A stretch of 64,000 bases of DNA from contig OZ241863.1 of the NCBI GenBank assembly GCA_965203055.1, forward strand, positions 3,136,001 through 3,200,000, given 5' to 3'. The notes beneath the pieces are model-generated. The model was not told the origin of the DNA, made no database searches, and saw only the letters and a program-made list of their open reading frames with translations. The DNA comes from Spirochaetia bacterium. GTDB lineage: Bacteria > Spirochaetota > Spirochaetia > SZUA-6 > Bin103. Shown one piece after another: positions 1 to 9,098 of this stretch. The translations under genes and the position numbers were made by a program. The number at the start of each line of letters is the position of its first letter. Position 1 is the first letter of the stretch.

Positions 1-557
1 AGATTGCGCACCATCTCGCCGGGGCGTTGCAGCCGCATCCGTTCCCGGCGCGCCGGGAGCGTCAGGTACTCCTCGCGCGGCAGGAACCCGGAAAATACCG
101 GTATCAGGCGGATGTCCCGCTGATGGACGGCTGCCGCTACGTCGCCGCTTGACTGCGGGGTTATGCGGAACCGGTTGTAGCTGAGCTTCAACGTGAAGGC
201 GATCTCGGCGCCGTTGTCGTACTCCGCGCGGAGCTCGATGGACTGCCTGCCGGGGCTGACCCGTCCGTTCGGCCACAGGTCGGTCGGTTCCGCAACCGGG
301 AGGACGCCGAACTCATCGGGGCTCACCGACCGCTGCCCCAGATCGATTCGGCCGTTGCGCTCGTTGCCGCGGCCGTTGCCGTTGGCCCGGCGCGTCGTCT
401 CGACGCAGTACTGGAACAGCGTCAGCGCCTGCAGGATGGTCGACTTGCCGCTGTTGTTGGCGCCCACGAGCACGGTCACCGGATCGAGGTCGATCGCCGT
501 CTCCCGCTCGAACCGCTTGAATCCCTTGATCGTGAAGCGGCGGATCACCGCCGGCAT
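1..557 (-). CDS. ABC/AAA_21-type ATPase, N-terminal part (runs off the window edge; not in ORF track)
   Basis: Manual translation from ATG at 557: MPAVIRRFTIKGFKRFERETAIDLDPVTVLVGANNSGKSTILQAL. Typical 'I.GFK.F' start plus Walker A GANNSGKS; frame open to position 1. Confidence 0.85.
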   Translation of the reverse strand, partial: MPAVIRRFTIKGFKRFERETAIDLDPVTVLVGANNSGKSTILQALTLFQYCVETTRRANGNGRGNERNGRIDLGQRSVSPDEFGVLPVAEPTDLWPNGRVSPGRQSIELRAEYDNGAEIAFTLKLSYNRFRITPQSSGDVAAAVHQRDIRLIPVFSGFLPREEYLTLPARRERMRLQRPGEMVRN

Positions 558-728
558 CCCCCGTCCATCGCTGCATGGTAGTCCATAATGGCAATAGAGA
601 CCAACACTTGCAGGCCGATGTGAGGAGCGCCGGCGTGGCGGGTGCGCGCTCCCGCGGCCGGCCCCGGCCGCCGGTCCGTTCGCGGTGGGGAGAACCGGGG
701 GCGGCGGTTCCGGTATACTGCGGGCCAT

Positions 729-1760
729 ATGCCCCTTCCTTCATCCGACGAGCGTGCCCTGCAGGCGCAGCTCGCGCAGTACCGTACTCCTGACCGGGCC
801 AAGGGCCTGGGACAGATCGCCAACTCTCTCCTTCCCTACATCGCCGGCATCATCGCCATGGGCGCCCTGTCTCAGGTCTCCTACTGGCTGGCGCTGCTCC
901 TCGCTGTTCCCACTGCGGGCTTCATGGTCCGGGTGTTCATCCTGTTCCACGACGCCGGCCACGGCTCGCTGTTTCGGGATGCGCGCTGGAATCGCTTCAT
1001 CGGTTACCTGACCGGGATCATCGTCTTCACGCCGTTCCGGCACTGGACCCACGAACATGCCCGGCATCACGCCACTTCCGGCGACCTGGACCGGCGCGAC
1101 CTCGGCGACGTGTGGACCATGACGGTGGATGAGTTCATGGCGGCGTCGTTTCCGCTCCGGCTGGTGTACCGGTTGTTCCGCAATCCGTTGGTGCTGTTCT
1201 TCCTGATCTCACCCTTCGGGCACCTCGTCTACAACCGGTTGCCGGTGCCCGGCATCGACAGACGCGCGTTGTGGGCGATCATCTGGACCAACCTCGGCGT
1301 GGTGCTGTTCGTGGTGTTGATGTCGCTCCCGTTCGGCTTCGTGAACTTCGTGTTGACGTTTCTCCCCGTGATGATCGTGGCGTCGGCGGTCGGGACGTGG
1401 CTGTTCTACGTCCAGCACCAGTTCGAAGGGGTATACTGGTCCCGCGCCGGAACCTGGAATTACTCCTGCGCGGCGCTGCGCGGCTCCTCCTATCTGCGGC
1501 TGCCGAAGATTCTGCAATTCTTCACCGGCAGCATAGGCTACCATCACATCCACCACTTGGCCCCGCGCATCCCCAACTACAACCTGGAGCGCGCGCAACG
1601 GGAAGTGCCGGCGCTGCAGGCGGTGCCCGCGCTCCGCTTCCGCGACGTGATTCATTCGCTGACGTTGCGGCTGTACGACGAGGCCGGCGATCAGATGGTC
1701 AGCTTCCGCGAAGGGTTGCGGCGGGCGCGGCTGGCGGCCGCCGCCGGCGCCGCTGTCTAG
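729..1760 (+). CDS. Membrane fatty acid desaturase (Bacillus Des/delta-5-like)
   Basis: Three His boxes HDAGH, HARHH, HHIHH plus YVQHQFE and hydrophobic segments. Start placed at ATG 729, 9 nt after TATACT (714-719). Confidence 0.92.
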   Translation: MPLPSSDERALQAQLAQYRTPDRAKGLGQIANSLLPYIAGIIAMGALSQVSYWLALLLAVPTAGFMVRVFILFHDAGHGSLFRDARWNRFIGYLTGIIVFTPFRHWTHEHARHHATSGDLDRRDLGDVWTMTVDEFMAASFPLRLVYRLFRNPLVLFFLISPFGHLVYNRLPVPGIDRRALWAIIWTNLGVVLFVVLMSLPFGFVNFVLTFLPVMIVASAVGTWLFYVQHQFEGVYWSRAGTWNYSCAALRGSSYLRLPKILQFFTGSIGYHHIHHLAPRIPNYNLERAQREVPALQAVPALRFRDVIHSLTLRLYDEAGDQMVSFREGLRRARLAAAAGAAV

Positions 1761-1854
1761 CCCGCCCGCACGTAATTGCCGACGCGCTACGGCTCGGCTG
1801 CGCGGCGTTCGCGGGCGCCGGAACCCACGTGGCGCGGCAGTGCGGCCGGGCGCA

Positions 1855-4179
1855 TCAGGCGCCGGCCCAGTCGCGCCAGACGCGCCGCACGGCGCTGACC
1901 GCCGCGGCGCCGGGCGCCCGCTTCTTGTAGGCGCTCAGAATCACCCGCCGCTGCTGGCGCTCCAACGTCCGGCCGGCAGGTGAGTGGCACAGCAGGTACA
2001 GGAAGATGAGCGCCGCGGTCGGCGAGTCGAGGCCGCCGTCGAGCAGCTCCTCGAGGGCTTCGATGACGACGGAGGGAAGGCGGCGCCTCAGCAGGTGATT
2101 GAGCGTCGGCGCGGGCGGCAGCGGACTCGCGTTCAGCGCCGCGACGAATTCCTCCGGTGAGATAGGGGGCAGCGGCGGCATGCGGTCCGCCATCGAGGCC
2201 GGCGGCAGACGACGATGTAAGTATTTGAGGCTTGAGCGTGCAGTGTCGGCATCTCCGACGCGCGTCCGGGCCGGCGCGCTGCGTGGCGCGCTGGGCGGCG
2301 TGGGAGGTGCACTCGGTTGGTGGACCCAGTCGTCGATGGGAAGATCGTCGTACTCTACCCGTTCCTCGAAGGTGGGGACGGGACGAGCGTACGCTACGCG
2401 GGCGTCGGCGGATTCGTGCACGGTTCCGGTGCCGTGCCAACCGGCGGCCAGTACCTGCGGGACCTTGGCCAGCTCCGGCAGATCGGGCGCCTTGTCAGCC
2501 TCCGCCCGCACGTGGACGACCAGATAATCGGTCCATTCGGAGACGAGCTGATAGCGAACCGCCAGCTCGGTCGCGGCCGCGGCATCGGCGAGCGCCGGCA
2601 ACCGCAGAGCGGCGCCGATGCGCGCCAGGTCGGAGCGCGCTACGGCCGTACCGGCCCCCGCCGCGGTGTCGGCCGGCGCCGGAGCGATCTCCATTCGCTG
2701 CCTGAACGTGCGCCCGTCGGCCAACTCCAGCTCCAGGACTACTGCGCCCTGCGGGCGCGCCGTGAACGTTCCGAACAGGTGCATGGTGTCGCCGGGGTAG
2801 GGCGGCGGCAGCGGGTCGGGAACCACCTGCCGGACGCCGGCCGGCCAGACCACCCGCGCGGCGCGCGCCAGAGGGGTGAGGATGCGCTGGAAATGGCGGT
2901 AGATGCGGTCCGCCATGTCTTCGCGCGGCGCCACCAGTTCGCATGCGCCGCCGGTCGCTTCGGCGAGGGCGCGGACGAACGGTTCGGCCACCGAGCTGCC
3001 GACGCCGACGGTGAAGATGCGGTGACCCGAAGCGCGCGCCTCCGCCACCACGCGGCCGGTGTCCCACACCTCGCCGTCGGTGATCAACAGCAGATCGCGG
3101 ACCATGCCGGCCTCGCCGGGCAGGCGGTAGGCGGCCCGCAGCGCGGCCCGGATCTCGGTGCCGCCCAGGTCGGCGTCCAGGCCGCGCACGAAGCGGCGCG
3201 CGTGCGCCAGGTTGGCGGCGGACGCCGGCATTTCGCGGCCGAACAGGATGCGCTGGCTGCTGCCGAACGCGACGATGTCGAACAGGTCTCCGGGACGCAG
3301 GCTGTCGAGGATCCGCTCCCCGGCGACCCGCACCTGCGCGATCGAGTCGCCGCTCATCGACCCGGAGCAGTCCACGACGATCTTGAGGCTGCGGGCCGCG
3401 GCGCTTTCCTCGCCGGTCAGCGCCGGGCGGAAGCTCGCCAGCACCACCCAATCCGCCGCGTCCCGGGCCAGCAACGCGCGCGGCTCAGCCGCGGCGGCGC
3501 CGCGCGCTTCCAGCACGACGTCGCGGTCCATCGCCGCGGGCCGCGCGATTTCGATCACCGTCTGGTGAGCGTCGGGCGTGACCGCAATGGCATGCGAAGG
3601 CGAGGCCCAGCGCGCCCCCTGCAGGACGCCGCGCACCGCGACCTGCAGCCGGAAGCACCGTTCGGCGTCGAAGGCGAACTCCGGCGTCTGGTGCGGATCG
3701 AGGCCGCCGGCGGCCGGGGCGCCGTAGCGCGGGGCGATGGTGGTGGGCATCATGAGCCGCACCAGGTCGCCGTTCCAGCGCAGCAGCAGCCCGTAGCGGA
3801 AGCGGACGGTCGCCGTCTCGCCCGGACCGAGGTTGCCGACGTTGGCGGTATACAGTCCCGGCTGCGGCTGTTCCAGGCGCACCGCCGCGTCGCCGTCGGT
3901 AATCGCGTCCTCGTACCGTTCTTCAGCCTCGCGCTTGGCGATGACCGTGCCGGTCAGCGTCCGATCCTGCAGCTCGAACGCGAAGTTCAGCAGCACGGCA
4001 TCCAACGGCAGCGGAAAGGTGTAGACCGCCTCGACGTGCCTGGCGCCGGGATTGCGGTACCGCTGGCATACGCTGACCACGGTCATCAGGTCGTCGACCG
4101 CGGCGTCGACGCCGACCTCCTCCAACACCACCTGACCTCCGGCGGTCTCCATCGTTGCGGCAAAGTACGTTCTCGTCAT
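1855..4179 (-). CDS. VIT + von Willebrand factor A domain protein
   Basis: N-terminal VIT-like segment (Q.YRNP...EAVYTFPLP); vWA MIDAS DCSGSMSG, GGTE, LITDG, FTVGVG. Confidence 0.9.
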   Translation of the reverse strand: MTRTYFAATMETAGGQVVLEEVGVDAAVDDLMTVVSVCQRYRNPGARHVEAVYTFPLPLDAVLLNFAFELQDRTLTGTVIAKREAEERYEDAITDGDAAVRLEQPQPGLYTANVGNLGPGETATVRFRYGLLLRWNGDLVRLMMPTTIAPRYGAPAAGGLDPHQTPEFAFDAERCFRLQVAVRGVLQGARWASPSHAIAVTPDAHQTVIEIARPAAMDRDVVLEARGAAAAEPRALLARDAADWVVLASFRPALTGEESAAARSLKIVVDCSGSMSGDSIAQVRVAGERILDSLRPGDLFDIVAFGSSQRILFGREMPASAANLAHARRFVRGLDADLGGTEIRAALRAAYRLPGEAGMVRDLLLITDGEVWDTGRVVAEARASGHRIFTVGVGSSVAEPFVRALAEATGGACELVAPREDMADRIYRHFQRILTPLARAARVVWPAGVRQVVPDPLPPPYPGDTMHLFGTFTARPQGAVVLELELADGRTFRQRMEIAPAPADTAAGAGTAVARSDLARIGAALRLPALADAAAATELAVRYQLVSEWTDYLVVHVRAEADKAPDLPELAKVPQVLAAGWHGTGTVHESADARVAYARPVPTFEERVEYDDLPIDDWVHQPSAPPTPPSAPRSAPARTRVGDADTARSSLKYLHRRLPPASMADRMPPLPPISPEEFVAALNASPLPPAPTLNHLLRRRLPSVVIEALEELLDGGLDSPTAALIFLYLLCHSPAGRTLERQQRRVILSAYKKRAPGAAAVSAVRRVWRDWAGA

Positions 4180-4188
4180 CGTTCCTCT

Positions 4189-4611
4189 TCAATCCTCCTC
4201 CTTGCGTAGTTCGTCGATGAGCGCGGCTGCTCGACGAGCGAGCGCGCGCACCACGGCGGCGCTGAGGCCGGCCTCCTGCGGATCGATCACCAGCTCCACC
4301 CCCGGCACGAGCGTGACGTGGGTACGCAACGTCACGTCGCCGCGGCGCGGGCGGCGCGGCGGGGGCAGCGGTGAGCGCGCGTCCCCTTCCGCAACCAGCT
4401 CGCGGATGCGCTCCAGGTTCAATCCGGCGCGCTGCCACGTGCGAATCGCCATAAGCTGTTCGACGTGGCGTCTGGTGTAGTAGGCGCCCCGCTTGGCGCC
4501 AACCGGCCGGTCGACGAGTCCTTCCTGGATGTAGTAGCGGACGGTACGCCGGGGCAGGTTCACCAGGGCGCACAGTTCGTCTATCGCCAGCCGGTCGCCG
4601 TCGTTCGACAT
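4189..4611 (-). CDS. MerR-type HTH regulator
   Basis: IDELCALVNLPRRTVRYYIQEGLV...AYYTRRHVEQL matches a MerR HTH. Start placed at ATG 4611; stop lies 9 nt before the VIT gene. Confidence 0.85.
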   Translation of the reverse strand: MSNDGDRLAIDELCALVNLPRRTVRYYIQEGLVDRPVGAKRGAYYTRRHVEQLMAIRTWQRAGLNLERIRELVAEGDARSPLPPPRRPRRGDVTLRTHVTLVPGVELVIDPQEAGLSAAVVRALARRAAALIDELRKEED

Positions 4612-4620
4612 CTCGCCGGT

Positions 4621-4655
4621 AGTATACGACACTAATACTGACAAAAACAAGTGTC
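4621..4655 (-). promoter_or_regulatory. Putative promoter/operator of the merR-VIT operon
   Basis: Minus-strand TATACT (4626-4621) 9 nt before the ATG; possible -35 TTGTTT 18 nt upstream; inverted repeat GACACT (4628-4633)/AGTGTC (4650-4655) in an AT-rich patch. Confidence 0.5.
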
Positions 4656-4736
4656 TAAAAATAATTTCGAGTCACCCCGCGCGGAGCGGGTTCCCGGCCC
4701 CCGACGAGACCGGTTGGAACCGGCCCGGCGCACGGA

Positions 4737-4796
4737 GCGGGCGGTGCGGTACAGGTTGAGGCCCTTGGACGCGGCGTCGGTCGCCACCGGCACGCG
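4737..4796 (-). pseudogene. Short relic resembling SNF2-family helicase motif V
   Basis: Minus strand reads RVPVATDAASKGLNLYRTAR, close to the recalled helicase consensus RVLVATDAASEGLNLQ; no intact ORF around it. Confidence 0.45.
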
Positions 4797-4930
4797 CCGC
4801 CGCTTCAAGCGGGTGCGCGTGCCCCTCGCGGCGGGCGCGCGGCGAGCGGCGCCCCGGCCCCACGGCGCGGCGCCGGCGGGTTGGTACTTGCGGAGGTATT
4901 GGCTAGCGGGCGGTGGAGCGGTGCGGGGCG

Positions 4931-5863
4931 CTACTCGGCCGGCGGGCAGATGGCGGCGATGGCGGCGAGCTGCTCAGGCCCCAGCTCGCCATCGGCCGCG
5001 GCCGCGTTGGCGCGCGCTTGCTCCGGGTTCTTCATTCCCGGAATGGGGCAGGTCACGGCCGGATGGGCCAGCGTGAACTGCAAGGCCAGCTCCACCATGC
5101 TCTGGCCCGGGCGCAGGACCCGTCGCAGCCGGGACACCACGCCGAGCTTGGCCAGGACCGTCTCGCGCTGCCCCCCGCCCGGATTCCACGAGGCGCGCAC
5201 CTGATCGGTGAAGCGCGTGGTCTCGTCGAACTTGTCGGCCAGCAGCCCCTGCGCGATCGGCCCGCGCAGCAGCACCCCGACGTCGTGGTCGCGGCAATAG
5301 GGCAGAATGTCCCGCTCCGCGCTGCGATTGAGAATCGAGTAGTTGATCTGACACGCCGCGCACTGCCCGTTCACGTCGAGGGCGCGAAGCGCCGCCACGT
5401 CGTTGGTGGAGATCGCGTAGTGGCGAATCTTCCCCTGCCGCTTGAGCAGTTCGAACGCCTCCACGAAGATCTCGGGACGTTCGGGGGAGCCGACGTGACA
5501 CTGGTACAGGTCGATCGTATCGATCCCCAGCCGGTACAGGCTGGCGTGGCAGCAACCGATGACGCTGTAGATGCTCTTCAGGCCCGGCGGGTCGTCCTGC
5601 CGGCGCGCCCAGTTGCCCACCTTGGTGGCGACGTACGCGGCGCCGCGCCGGCCGGCCAGGGCCTTGCCGAGCAGGGTCTCGCTCTGACCCAGCCCGTATG
5701 AGTCGGCGGTGTCGAACAGGTTGACGCCCGCGTCCAGGGCGGCGTGCACCGCGGCGATCGCCTGCCGCTCGCTGACCTCCCCCCACTGGCCGCCGATGGC
5801 CCAGCAGCCCATCGATACGGCACTCACGTCCCATCCCGTCTTCCCCAATCGCCGTCGTGTCAT
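4931..5863 (-). CDS. Aldo/keto reductase
   Basis: RRLGKTGWDVSAVSMGCW, DTADSY (catalytic D/Y), ATK, SLYRLGIDTIDLYQCH, IPGMK. Confidence 0.95.
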   Translation of the reverse strand: MTRRRLGKTGWDVSAVSMGCWAIGGQWGEVSERQAIAAVHAALDAGVNLFDTADSYGLGQSETLLGKALAGRRGAAYVATKVGNWARRQDDPPGLKSIYSVIGCCHASLYRLGIDTIDLYQCHVGSPERPEIFVEAFELLKRQGKIRHYAISTNDVAALRALDVNGQCAACQINYSILNRSAERDILPYCRDHDVGVLLRGPIAQGLLADKFDETTRFTDQVRASWNPGGGQRETVLAKLGVVSRLRRVLRPGQSMVELALQFTLAHPAVTCPIPGMKNPEQARANAAAADGELGPEQLAAIAAICPPAE

Positions 5864-5943
5864 CGGCTCCCATCATAACAGATCGGCCGACCCGCGGCGC
5901 GGGAGGCGCCGGATTGCTATACTGAACGGCGGTGGGACCCGCC

Positions 5944-6315
5944 ATGAGAGTCGATCCGGCAGCCACGGTTGCCTTTCTGCGGCGGCGCGAGGCGGCGCGG
6001 CAGCGCGAGCTGGACGCGCGCTTCGCCGCGGCGTGGGCGGACTTCGAGCGCATCGCGGCGATGATCGTGCGCGAGTTCGATCCGTTGCGCATCTGGCAGT
6101 GGGGTTCGCTGCTGCACCGGCGCCACTTCTCGACTCGCTCCGACATCGACATCGCCGTGGAGGGATTGGGCAGGGCCGAGCGGCTGTTCCAGCTCTATGC
6201 GCGCGCCGAGGAGCTGACGGCGTTCCCGCTCCACGTCGTGGAGATGGAGCGCATCGAGGCGGAATACGCGCGCCTGATCCGCAGCACGGGCCGGTTGGTC
6301 CATGGCGTCCGCTGA
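5944..6315 (+). CDS. Minimal nucleotidyltransferase (MNT/MntA-like antitoxin)
   Basis: WQWGSLL...RSDIDIAVEG (GS-x11-DxD); overlaps the downstream HEPN gene. Alternative start GTG 5932; extended -10 TGcTATACT at 5915-5923. Confidence 0.85.
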   Translation: MRVDPAATVAFLRRREAARQRELDARFAAAWADFERIAAMIVREFDPLRIWQWGSLLHRRHFSTRSDIDIAVEGLGRAERLFQLYARAEELTAFPLHVVEMERIEAEYARLIRSTGRLVHGVR

Positions 6316-6802
6316 CCGTATCGCGGCGCTGGCCGCCGAACTCGACGCGGCGCTGCCCGTGCTCGACCGCATCAACGAGTTCTACGATCGGTTCGACCGG
6401 CAACCGGGCGCCGCCGGCCGGTCGGTAGAGAACGCTATCATCGTCAGCGACGTAGTGGTGTCGTTCTACACCTGCCTGGAGACCTCGTTTCTGCGTATCA
6501 GTCAGTTCTTCGAAAACGCGCTCGATGATGCCCGCTGGCACGAGCAACTGCTGCGGGCGATGACCTGGACCGTTCCGGGAGTCCGGGAACGGGTCATTTC
6601 CGAGGCCACCTGGAGTGCGCTTTCGGAGCTGCGCCGGTTCCGTCACTTCAAGCGCTACTACTTTTCGTTCGACTACGACTGGGATCGGCTGGAACTGGTT
6701 CGCGCCAAGTATCTGGCGTGCCGCGCTCCGGTACGCGGTGAGTTGGCAGCGTATTCGGCCTATCTCCAGCGCCTCGCGGAGGAGGCGCGCAAGTCGCCGT
6801 GA
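6302..6802 (+). CDS. HEPN-domain protein (HepT-like RNase toxin of an MNT-HEPN pair)
   Basis: FYTCLETSFLRI...WHEQLL..M...ELRRFRHFKRYYF..YDWDRL is a HepT-like family pattern; coupled to the MNT gene. Confidence 0.8.
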   Translation: MASADRIAALAAELDAALPVLDRINEFYDRFDRQPGAAGRSVENAIIVSDVVVSFYTCLETSFLRISQFFENALDDARWHEQLLRAMTWTVPGVRERVISEATWSALSELRRFRHFKRYYFSFDYDWDRLELVRAKYLACRAPVRGELAAYSAYLQRLAEEARKSP

Positions 6803-7956
6803 GGATTGCCCGCGTCCGTCCATTCATCCTCAGCGTCGAGCTGCCGGACGGCGAGGTATTCGCCTACTCGCAGGCGTGGTACCGCACGCGGCGCTCGCTG
6901 GTGGTGGAGATCGAGACCGCCGACGGAACCGTCGGCTATGGCGAGGCGTTCGGCCCGCCGGCCACCAATGCGGCGCTGATCGACGAGGTATACGCCCCGC
7001 TGCTGCGGGGGCGCGACGCCCGCGACCGCGAGACCTTGTGGCTGGAACTGTACAACGCAATGCGCGACCACGGCCGCAAGGGGACCGCGCTGGAAGCCCT
7101 CAGCGCGGTGGACATTGCGCTGTGGGACCTGCTGGGGAAGCACTTCGGCGTGCCGTGCCACCGCCTGGCGGGGCGCAACTACCGCGCCCGCGTCGCCGCC
7201 TATGCCACCGGCTTCTACCGCAAGCGCGCCGCCGGCAGCCTGACCGGGCAGGCGCCGCTGCTGGTGAAGGAGGCGCTGGGCTACGTTGCCGCCGGCTTCA
7301 CGGCGCTCAAGGTCAAGATCGGCTTCGGCGTCGAAGATGACGTCAGCGTGGTGCGCGCGGTGCGCGCCGCGGTGGGGCCGGAGGTGCGTCTCATGGTGGA
7401 CGCCAACCACGGCTACGACCGGGCCGCGGCGCGGGAGGTGGCGCGGCGCCTGGAGCCGCTGGCCATCGACTGGTTCGAGGAGCCGCTGGTGCCGGAGGAT
7501 CAGCGCGGGCTGGGCCGCTTCCGGCGCGAGTCGCCGATTCCGGTCGCCGCCGGGGAGGCGGAGTTCGGGCGCTGGGGGTTCGCCGAGCTGCTGCGGCGCG
7601 ACGCCGCCGACATCGTGCAGCCCGACTGCTGCGCCGCCGGCGGCCTCACCGAGGCGCTCAAGATCGCGGATCTGGCCGACGCCGCGCACGTGCGCTGCAT
7701 CCCGCACGTCTGGGGCACCGGCCTCGCGGTCGCCGCGGCGCTGCAGATGCTGGCCATGATCGCGCCCTGCCCGCCGGGCCTGGCGCCGCGCGAGCCGCTG
7801 CTGGAACTGGACCGGACCTGGAATCCGCTGCGCGAGGAGCTCAACCTGACCCCGCCCGAGGTCGGCGTCGGCATGGTCTTCACCATCCCCGCCGCGCCCG
7901 GCCTCGGCTTCGAGCCGGACCGCCGCGTGCTCGACCGCTATCGAACGCGCGCCTGA
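6799..7956 (+). CDS. Mandelate racemase/muconate lactonizing enzyme family protein (sugar-acid/lactone metabolism)
   Basis: GYGE, SAVDIALWDL.GK, KVK, DAN, WFEEP, AGE, QPD, PHVWG. Confidence 0.92.
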   Translation: MRIARVRPFILSVELPDGEVFAYSQAWYRTRRSLVVEIETADGTVGYGEAFGPPATNAALIDEVYAPLLRGRDARDRETLWLELYNAMRDHGRKGTALEALSAVDIALWDLLGKHFGVPCHRLAGRNYRARVAAYATGFYRKRAAGSLTGQAPLLVKEALGYVAAGFTALKVKIGFGVEDDVSVVRAVRAAVGPEVRLMVDANHGYDRAAAREVARRLEPLAIDWFEEPLVPEDQRGLGRFRRESPIPVAAGEAEFGRWGFAELLRRDAADIVQPDCCAAGGLTEALKIADLADAAHVRCIPHVWGTGLAVAAALQMLAMIAPCPPGLAPREPLLELDRTWNPLREELNLTPPEVGVGMVFTIPAAPGLGFEPDRRVLDRYRTRA

Positions 7957-8120
7957 CGGCGCCCGCGCCGGCCTCCGCCGCCAACCGGCCGGCTGACCCG
8001 GCCCGCCCGGCCCTTCGGCCGCCCCCTGCCCCCGCGGCGTCGCGCCGCGCGCCGGCAATTGTCGGTCGGCGTCCGGTTTGCTACTATGGCCGCCGGCCCG
8101 CTCCGGCCCGCGACAGCGCC

Positions 8121-9098
8121 ATGCGACCACCGACCACCGAGACCAGCCGCACCCTGCCGACCGCCGCCAACGCCAGCCGCGCCCGGCCCCGCCTGCAGTG
8201 GAGCAAAGTGACCGTCAACTGGGAGCTGTACCTGTTCGTGGCCCTGCCGCTGATCTGGCTGCTGCTGTTCATGTACGTGCCGATGGTCGGCAACGTGATC
8301 GCGTTCAAGAAGTTCGTGCCGATCAAGGGCATGCTGGGCAGCGACTGGGTCGGCTTCGATCACTTCGTGCGCTTCGTGAACTCGTTCAAATTCAGGAACG
8401 TGATGTGGAACACGTTCTACATCAACGCCTACCAGCTCGTGGCCGGGTTTCCGGTCCCCATCATTCTCGCCCTCGCGCTCCACTACTGCCCGGCGCTCGG
8501 CTACAAGAAGACGGTGCAGATGGTGACCTACGCCCCGCACTTCATCTCCACGGTGGTGATGGTGGGCATCATCCTGAAGGTACTGCAGACGCGCATCGGT
8601 CTGGTCAGCGTCGCGCTGGCCAAGCTCGGCCTGCCGGAGCCGCCGTTTCTCGGCAGCCCCGACTGGTTCGCGCACGTGTACGTGTGGACCGGCATCTGGC
8701 AGAACATGGGCTGGGGCACGATCATCTTCCTGGCGGCGCTGGCCGGGGTGGACGTGGAGCTGCACGAGGCGGCGCGGGTGGACGGCGCCACCATCTGGCG
8801 GCGGGTGTGGCACATCGACCTGCCGGGCATCATGCCGACGGTGATCATTCTGCTGATCCTGCAGTCGGGGCAGATGCTCGGCGTCGGCTTCGAGAAGATC
8901 TTCCTGATGCAGAATGCGTTGAACATCCGCGCTTCGGAGGTGGTGGAGACCTACGTCTACCAGATCGGGCTCGCCTCGGCCACGCCCAACTTCTCCTACG
9001 CGGCGGCGATCAACCTGTTTCGCAACGTGATCGCGTTCTTCCTGCTGGTGGCGGTGAACCGCATCTCGCGGCGGGTGTCGGAGACCAGCCTGTGGTAA
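8121..9098 (+). CDS. Carbohydrate ABC transporter permease (LplB-like)
   Basis: WVGFDHF, PHFISTVV, EAA motif ELHEAARVDGA, GFEKI. Confidence 0.93.
   Translation: MRPPTTETSRTLPTAANASRARPRLQWSKVTVNWELYLFVALPLIWLLLFMYVPMVGNVIAFKKFVPIKGMLGSDWVGFDHFVRFVNSFKFRNVMWNTFYINAYQLVAGFPVPIILALALHYCPALGYKKTVQMVTYAPHFISTVVMVGIILKVLQTRIGLVSVALAKLGLPEPPFLGSPDWFAHVYVWTGIWQNMGWGTIIFLAALAGVDVELHEAARVDGATIWRRVWHIDLPGIMPTVIILLILQSGQMLGVGFEKIFLMQNALNIRASEVVETYVYQIGLASATPNFSYAAAINLFRNVIAFFLLVAVNRISRRVSETSLW

Noticed and set aside
7957..8060. GC-only intergenic stretches with weak hairpins (also 44965-45040 and 60010-60080)
   Set aside because: No consistent shared repeat unit; pairing is expected at this GC content.
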